Origin: Gammaproteobacteria bacterium
GTDB taxonomy: Bacteria > Pseudomonadota > Gammaproteobacteria > Ga0077536
DNA length: 64,000 nucleotides
NCBI GenBank assembly: GCA_009692365.1
Contig: SHZJ01000007.1
Location: 30,867-94,866 of the forward strand
Direction: 5' to 3'
The notes beneath the pieces were generated by a model that saw only the letters and a list, made by a program, of their open reading frames with translations, was not told the DNA's origin and did not search any database. Both the position numbers and the translations under genes were made by a program. Positions within the stretch are counted from its first letter, which is position 1, and each line of letters opens with the position of its first letter. Shown here in pieces: positions 58,266 to 64,000 of this stretch.

Positions 58266-59465
58266 ATGAAGGTGAGACGCTATTTCGCCGCCAATATGCG
58301 CAACGCGCTCGAGCAGGTGCGTCAGGAGCAAGGCCCTGACGTCATCATCCTGTCGAACCGCAAGGTCGATGGCGGGGTGGAACTGCTAACGGCTATCGGT
58401 GAGCCGGACGCCGAGTTGCTGGAAAAATTTACGCCCCGGGGGGGCCGCGAGCGCGCGCCGGAGGTGGCTGCGGAGGTCGCCGGTGTCGCCCCGACCGCGG
58501 CGAGCGTCCCGACCGCCCCGACCGCCCCGGAGCCGCTGTGGACCAGCCAGGAAACCGTGGTCCAGATGCAACGCGAACTGGGCGCCATCAAATCATTGCT
58601 AGAACAGCAGTTGTCGGGTTTAGCCTGGCACGAGTTCGGCCAACGCAGCCCCGGGCAGGCTCGCCTATTGCGCGTGCTGACCCAACTGGGCATCGCGCCC
58701 AAGCTGGGTCGCAGCTTGGCGGCTGGGGTGGAGGACCGCCACGAATTCGCGGCCGCAAGCCGGCAAATCTTGGCCGCCCTTCAGGCCAGAATCACCTGTC
58801 TCCACGACCCGGTGCTGCAACACGGTGGGCACATTGCGCTGTGTGGCGCTACGGGGGTGGGCAAGACCACGTTGGCGAGCAAGCTCGCGGGGCGCTACAG
58901 TCTCGTGCACGGCAGCCAGCGGGTGGCGTTAATCTCTACCGACGACCAGCGTTTGGGCGCCCACCAACAGTTGCGAACTTTCGGGCGCTTGGTGGGCATT
59001 ACCGTGCGCTCGCTGCGCAGCGTGGATGAACTACCCGAAACCTTGCACGAATTTGAGGACCGCGGACTGGTGATTATCGACCTGCCGGGGTTTGCGCCGG
59101 CCGACCCGGCCTTCCGCCGCACCCTCACCACGCTGGCCGGGCTGCCCAGCATGGTGCAGACCTATCTCACCCTGTGTGCCAGTACCGATTATATGGCGCT
59201 AGAACGCGTGGTCGACGCCGTGGAGGGATTGCCTTTGGAGGGTTGCTGCCTGACCAAGCTCGACGAAGCAGCCACGCTAGGTCCCGTGCTCTCCGCGGTA
59301 ATTGCCGCCCAACTGCCGGTGGCCTACACCACCGCCGGGCAGCAGGTGCCGGACGACATCAGCATCGCCACTCCCCAAGCGCTGTTGCAACAGCTCATCA
59401 GGATGGGCAAGGCCTGCCCGGCATCGGCGGAAGCTGCGCTGATAGAACGGGCGTTCACGCGATGA
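58266..59465 (+). CDS. flhF: SRP-type GTPase FlhF
   Basis: MKVRRYFA, GATGVGKTT, TKLDE, GQQVPDD. Confidence 0.93.
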   Translation: MKVRRYFAANMRNALEQVRQEQGPDVIILSNRKVDGGVELLTAIGEPDAELLEKFTPRGGRERAPEVAAEVAGVAPTAASVPTAPTAPEPLWTSQETVVQMQRELGAIKSLLEQQLSGLAWHEFGQRSPGQARLLRVLTQLGIAPKLGRSLAAGVEDRHEFAAASRQILAALQARITCLHDPVLQHGGHIALCGATGVGKTTLASKLAGRYSLVHGSQRVALISTDDQRLGAHQQLRTFGRLVGITVRSLRSVDELPETLHEFEDRGLVIIDLPGFAPADPAFRRTLTTLAGLPSMVQTYLTLCASTDYMALERVVDAVEGLPLEGCCLTKLDEAATLGPVLSAVIAAQLPVAYTTAGQQVPDDISIATPQALLQQLIRMGKACPASAEAALIERAFTR

Positions 59466-60343
59466 ATCGCGAGGTAACCCCCCCCATGGGAACGTTGCAA
59501 CACGCTCACCCGCCCAGCCCCGCCCGCGTCATCGCGGTGACCAGCGGCAAAGGCGGAGTGGGCAAGTCCACGGTGGCGATCAATCTGGCTATTGCGCTGG
59601 CGCAAACCGGTGTCCGGGTCACGTTGCTCGATGCGGATCTGGGACTCGCCAACGTTGATGTGCTGCTGGGCCTGTCGCCCACCCGCACGCTCTCGGACGT
59701 GATCAACGGCGATTGCTCCCTCAACGACATCCTGATGCAAGGTCCGGCCGGCGTGCGGATCGTGCCGGCCGCCTCAGGCATCCAGCACATGGCGGACCTC
59801 GGCGAGGCCGAGCGGGTGGGGTTGATGCGCGCCTTCAGCGAATTAGAGGGCGATATGGATGTAATGGTGGTGGACACTGCGGCGGGCATTTCCGCCAACG
59901 CACTGCAGTTCTGCGAGGCCTCCCAGGAGGTGTTGGTGGTGGTGTGCAACAACCCGGCGTCCATCACCGACGCCTATGCCACGATCAAAGTCCTTAACCA
60001 GCGCACCCGCCGCACGCGGTTTCGGGTGCTGGTGAACATGGTGTACGCCGAGGCCGAAGCGCGAGCGATTTTTCGCCGCTTGCTCAACGCCACGGAACGC
60101 TTTCTGGAGGTGGCTCTGGATTACGCGGGGGCTATCCCGTTTGACCGTTGTGTGACGCAAGCCGTGCGCCAGCGGGCCGCGGTGGTGACCACCTATCCGG
60201 TTAGCCCCGCCAGTCAAGCGTTCACCAAATTGGCGGCCAGTGTCGATAAGTGGCCTTCGCCACCCGCCGCCAACGGCCAGTTTGAGTTTTTTCTGGAACG
60301 AATTATCCACGCCGAAATGATGGGGAGGCATGCGCTCGCATGA
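59462..60343 (+). CDS. fleN: MinD-like FleN/FlhG
   Basis: SGKGGVGKS, DADLGLAN, SITDAYA. ATG overlaps the flhF stop. Confidence 0.94.
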   Translation: MNREVTPPMGTLQHAHPPSPARVIAVTSGKGGVGKSTVAINLAIALAQTGVRVTLLDADLGLANVDVLLGLSPTRTLSDVINGDCSLNDILMQGPAGVRIVPAASGIQHMADLGEAERVGLMRAFSELEGDMDVMVVDTAAGISANALQFCEASQEVLVVVCNNPASITDAYATIKVLNQRTRRTRFRVLVNMVYAEAEARAIFRRLLNATERFLEVALDYAGAIPFDRCVTQAVRQRAAVVTTYPVSPASQAFTKLAASVDKWPSPPAANGQFEFFLERIIHAEMMGRHALA

Positions 60344-61080
60344 ACAAAGTTGCCAAGTACAGGCAGGCCGCAGCGGCGGGACTGGACGCACAAGCCCAAG
60401 ACGAACTGGTGCGTAAACAGGCTCCATTGGTCAAACGCATCGCTTATCATCTGATGAGTCGTCTGCCGCCCTCGGTTCAAATCGATGATCTGATACAGTC
60501 CGGCATGATCGGTCTGCTGGAAGCTTCGTTTAACTACGACCCCTCGCAGGGCGCTAGTTTTGAGACCTACGCGGGCATCCGGATCCGGGGGGCGATGCTC
60601 GATGAAATCCGTAAAGGTGATTGGGCCCCTCGCTCCTTGCACCGGAAGGTACGGGAAATCAGCCGTGCGGTGGCGGAGATCGAAGCTGAATCTGGACGCG
60701 ACGCCCGCGATGCGGAAGTGGCGACGCGCTTGGGGATGGAACTCAACGATTACTATCAGACACTCCAAGATGCGACCAGTCATAAGGTGTTCAGCTTCGA
60801 GGACTTACCGGGCAAGGACGAAATTTTCTCGGACGGGCTGTATGAGCGCATCCCGGGGCCATCCGAAAGTGTTGAAAAGGACAAGTTCAAGGCCGCGCTG
60901 GCGGCGGCGATAGCATCCCTGCCGGAGCGCGAGCGCTTGGTGATGTCGCTGTATTACAAGGAGGAGCTCAACCTGCGGGAAACCGGCGAGGTGATGGGGG
61001 TGAGCGAATCTCGTATCTGTCAAATACATTCTCAAGCGCTAGTGCGTCTCAAAGCCAGAATGGCAGATTGGCAAGATTGA
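60340..61080 (+). CDS. fliA: Sigma28 FliA
   Basis: LVKRIAYHL, YAGIRIRGAMLDE, DWAPRS, SESRICQ. Confidence 0.97.
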   Translation: MNKVAKYRQAAAAGLDAQAQDELVRKQAPLVKRIAYHLMSRLPPSVQIDDLIQSGMIGLLEASFNYDPSQGASFETYAGIRIRGAMLDEIRKGDWAPRSLHRKVREISRAVAEIEAESGRDARDAEVATRLGMELNDYYQTLQDATSHKVFSFEDLPGKDEIFSDGLYERIPGPSESVEKDKFKAALAAAIASLPERERLVMSLYYKEELNLRETGEVMGVSESRICQIHSQALVRLKARMADWQD

Positions 61081-61121
61081 GCAGCAGTCAGGCTAGCGGT
61101 ACGCGTTTTAAATAGGAGTGT

Positions 61122-61517
61122 GTGTTGAATAACAACATAAAAATATTGATCGTTGACGATTTTTCGACGATGCGGCGAATCATCAAGAATCTGCTGCGTG
61201 ACCTAGGGTTCAACAATACGCACGAGGCCGACGACGGCAACACGGCTCTGCCGATGCTCCGGACGGGCCGCTTCGAGTTCCTCATTACCGACTGGAACAT
61301 GCCCGGGATGCAGGGCATAGATCTGCTGCGCGCGGTGCGCGCCGACCCCCATCTCGGCAAGCTGCCGGTCCTCTTGGTGACCGCAGAAGCGCGGCGCGAC
61401 CAGATCGTTCGGGCGGCCGAAGCAGGGGTGAACGGCTATATTGTGAAGCCGTTCACGGCCCAGACCTTGAAAGAAAAAATCGAGAAAATCTTCGAGCGGA
61501 TTGCGGCTACTGCTTGA
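61122..61517 (+). CDS. cheY: CheY
   Basis: VDDFSTMRRI, DWNMP, KPFT. Confidence 0.97.
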   Translation: MLNNNIKILIVDDFSTMRRIIKNLLRDLGFNNTHEADDGNTALPMLRTGRFEFLITDWNMPGMQGIDLLRAVRADPHLGKLPVLLVTAEARRDQIVRAAEAGVNGYIVKPFTAQTLKEKIEKIFERIAATA

Positions 61518-61552
61518 CCCTTGTCAACCTAGATCTGAAAGGAAAACCTTTT

Positions 61553-62218
61553 ATGGGGACTGCAGACCGCCTGCAACTCGCACGGAATTTAGTCCTGGCC
61601 TTCGAGCAGGGTTCAGAAGATGAAGCCGCAGACGTTTTGCGATCCCTGCACGAATCAGGGTCGCGGGTGCTGCTCCGCAACGTGGCAGAACTCACTCGTG
61701 ATCTACACCACTCCTTAATAGGTCTCAGCTCGGACCCGCAGCTGGCCGAAATGACCCGCAGCGATATGCCCGATGCGCGTCACCGCCTGAGTTATGTCAT
61801 CGAGAAAACCGAAGCCTCGGCGCACCGCGTACTGGCGGCCATCGAAGACCTGACGCCGATCGCCGAACGCTTGGTGAGCGGCGCCACCGCCGCCCTAGCG
61901 GCGGGTGATATGGCGACGCTGAAAGCCTTCATTGATGAAGCCTCCTTGACGGGTGAGCTAATGCAGGGCGGACTGAGCGAAATTCTGATGGCGCAGGAAT
62001 ATCAGGATCTCACCGGACAGGTCATTCGCCGCACGATCGAAATCGTGGCACAGGTCGAAGGCAAGTTGCTGACGCTCCTCACGGCCGAATTACCGGGCGG
62101 CAGCCGAGAATTGCGGCCCGCCCGCACGGGTGCGCAGGGGCCGGTCATCGGGCCGGAGGCGAACTCGTTCAATCGACAGGATGACGTTGACACCTTGCTG
62201 GCTGAACTCGGTCTCTAA
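61553..62218 (+). CDS. cheZ: CheZ phosphatase
   Basis: PDARHRLSYV, AQEYQDLTGQVI, QDDVDTLLAELGL. Start 61553 or 61514. Confidence 0.93.
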   Translation: MGTADRLQLARNLVLAFEQGSEDEAADVLRSLHESGSRVLLRNVAELTRDLHHSLIGLSSDPQLAEMTRSDMPDARHRLSYVIEKTEASAHRVLAAIEDLTPIAERLVSGATAALAAGDMATLKAFIDEASLTGELMQGGLSEILMAQEYQDLTGQVIRRTIEIVAQVEGKLLTLLTAELPGGSRELRPARTGAQGPVIGPEANSFNRQDDVDTLLAELGL

Positions 62219-62401
62219 GCGCAAGCTGCGCTGCCTGTGCGGTCCTGAACCTAACGCTCCGGACCGCAGAAGTTTCCTGCCTCGCTAAGGGCTCCGTCGT
62301 GAGCCCTCCAGCAAATCGGCGTTTCTGCCGCTAAACCTCTCGGCATATTATTTTCGACGCGTTACCGGACTGCGCTGCCCAGCGCGGCAGCAGCGGGGAA
62401 G

Positions 62402-64000
62402 ATGACGATGGATGATGAGATACTTCAAGACTTTCTGATCGAAGCACAGGAAATTCTCGAGAACCTCGACACGCAGTTAATTGATTTAGAGGCCTCTCCG
62501 CACGACCACAATTTGTTGAACGCGGTTTTCCGCAGCTTCCATACGATTAAGGGCGGCGCGGGTTTTCTGGCGCTCGACGCCATGGTCGAGGTGGCACACA
62601 AAGCCGAAGATGTTTTCGACCAACTGCGCAACGGGCGTTTTACCCTTGATTCGGCGGTCATGGATGTGTTCCTGCGCGTGCTCGATGCCTTGCGCGGCAT
62701 GTTTCAGAGCATTAAAGCAGGCGTCAGTCCGGCGCCGGTGGCGCGCGATTTGATCGAGCAGTTGCGGCGCATCGCCGCCGGGGAATCGATGCTGGACGCC
62801 TCGGCATCAGCGACTTTCAGCCTCGCCGCTGGGGGCGAATTTGATGAAGTGGTCGCGGGTATGTTGGCCGAGTCACCCAGCGCTGGGGACGCGGCTGCGC
62901 TGCTGGACGACGGTGACTTCGAAGCGTTGCTGGACGTGCGTAGCAGTCTGGCCACGGCCAGCGTCAGCCCGCCTGTCAACGAGGTCATTTCTGAGGCGGA
63001 ATTCGACGCCTTGCTGGATAACCTCCAGGCCAAGAGCAAACCGGCGGCCATCGCAGCACCCAGCAACGGCGCCATCTCCGACGCTGAATTCGAGGCCTTG
63101 CTCGACAGTATTCAAGCGCAGCCCCAAAAGCCCACCGCGGCGCCGAGCGTGGCCGAACCCGTGCCGGGGGTGGTGGCGGCTTCCAGCGATGTCATTACCG
63201 ATTTGGAATTCGAAAAACTGCTCGACAAGCTGCAAGCAAAGCCTGGCAGCGCGGTCGCGCCCATTGCGAAAGCCAAACTGGAGTCGGCCCCCGTGCCGCA
63301 CATCAGTGAGCCACAGCCGAAGGACAACACCATCCGGGTAGGCACCGACGTGCTCGACCGCATCATGAACATGGTGGGTGAATTGGTGCTGGTCAGAAAC
63401 CGGCTCACCAATTTGCAAGGCCGGATTGGTGACGTAGAGATGACTCAGGCGGTCGGCAATTTGGATGTCATCACCAGCGATTTGCAGATGGCAGCGATGA
63501 AAACTCGCATGCAGCCGATCAAAAAAGTATTTGGCCGGTTCCCGCGGGTGGTGCGGGATCTGGCGCGGACCCTCGGCAAGGAAGTCGAACTTGAACTGGA
63601 GGGCGAGGAAACCGACCTCGACAAAAATCTGGTCGAGGCGCTCTCCGATCCGTTGGTGCATTTGGTTCGCAATGCAGTCGACCACGGGGTAGAACGGCCC
63701 GCTGAACGCCTCGCCGCCGGTAAGTCCCGGGGGGGCATCCTGCACTTGAAGGCCGAACAGGATGGCGATCAAATTTTGTTGACCATCCGGGACGACGGCA
63801 AAGGCATGGACGCCGAGATACTCCGCGGTAAGTCGGTCGAGAAGGGTTTGCTGGAGGAAGACGCCGCGTTGCGTTTGACCGAGCGCGAGTGTTTCGAGCT
63901 CATTTTCTTGCCGGGTTTCTCCACCAAGGAAGAAATATCAGACGTCTCCGGTCGGGGTGTGGGCATGGACGTGGTGAAGACCCGCATCACCCAACTCAAC
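62402..64000 (+). CDS. cheA: CheA kinase (partial, runs off the end; absent from the ORF track)
   Basis: Read by hand: DEILQDFLIEA, FRSFHTIKGGAG (P1), DRIMNMVGELVLVRNRL, HLVRNAVDHG, DDGKG, GFST, SGRGVGMDVV. Confidence 0.96.
   Translation, partial: MTMDDEILQDFLIEAQEILENLDTQLIDLEASPHDHNLLNAVFRSFHTIKGGAGFLALDAMVEVAHKAEDVFDQLRNGRFTLDSAVMDVFLRVLDALRGMFQSIKAGVSPAPVARDLIEQLRRIAAGESMLDASASATFSLAAGGEFDEVVAGMLAESPSAGDAAALLDDGDFEALLDVRSSLATASVSPPVNEVISEAEFDALLDNLQAKSKPAAIAAPSNGAISDAEFEALLDSIQAQPQKPTAAPSVAEPVPGVVAASSDVITDLEFEKLLDKLQAKPGSAVAPIAKAKLESAPVPHISEPQPKDNTIRVGTDVLDRIMNMVGELVLVRNRLTNLQGRIGDVEMTQAVGNLDVITSDLQMAAMKTRMQPIKKVFGRFPRVVRDLARTLGKEVELELEGEETDLDKNLVEALSDPLVHLVRNAVDHGVERPAERLAAGKSRGGILHLKAEQDGDQILLTIRDDGKGMDAEILRGKSVEKGLLEEDAALRLTERECFELIFLPGFSTKEEISDVSGRGVGMDVVKTRITQLN

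Noticed and set aside
62219-62401. c-di-GMP riboswitch upstream of cheA
   Set aside because: The hairpins lack the GEMM-type conserved nucleotides as far as I can see; a covariance search would be needed to settle it.

Overview
GC-rich gammaproteobacterial window. About 55 kb (9.4-64 kb) is a polar-flagellum/chemotaxis supercluster of the Pseudomonas/Vibrio sigma54-FleQ/FleSR-FliA type: ycgR, flgNMA, cheV, flgB-L, fliD-flaG-fliC, fliST, fleQSR, fliE-J, fliK-R, flhBAF, fleN, fliA, cheYZ and a cheA that runs off the end. The first 9.4 kb holds a damaged cytochrome P450, a TolB/TPR membrane protein, two converging NtaA/DszA-family monooxygenases, dps, tRNA-Ala(CGC) and an arsS + TIGR04283/TIGR04282-like arsenosugar-type trio. 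Most notable: (1) a putative flagellin glycosylation island with sigma54-like promoters, made of two tandem TPR-GT41 (OGT/SPINDLY-like) transferases facing a CapE/FnlA-type dehydratase, two DegT paralogues and a GNAT. The second DegT has Ser in place of the PLP-binding Lys, so it may be a pseudoenzyme partner. (2) A 14 x 12-bp in-frame tandem repeat in the ruler region of the hook-length protein FliK, which could tune hook length. (3) The fliD-fliC-glycosylation block is inverted relative to the canonical order. All calls come from motif recognition by eye; no searches were run.
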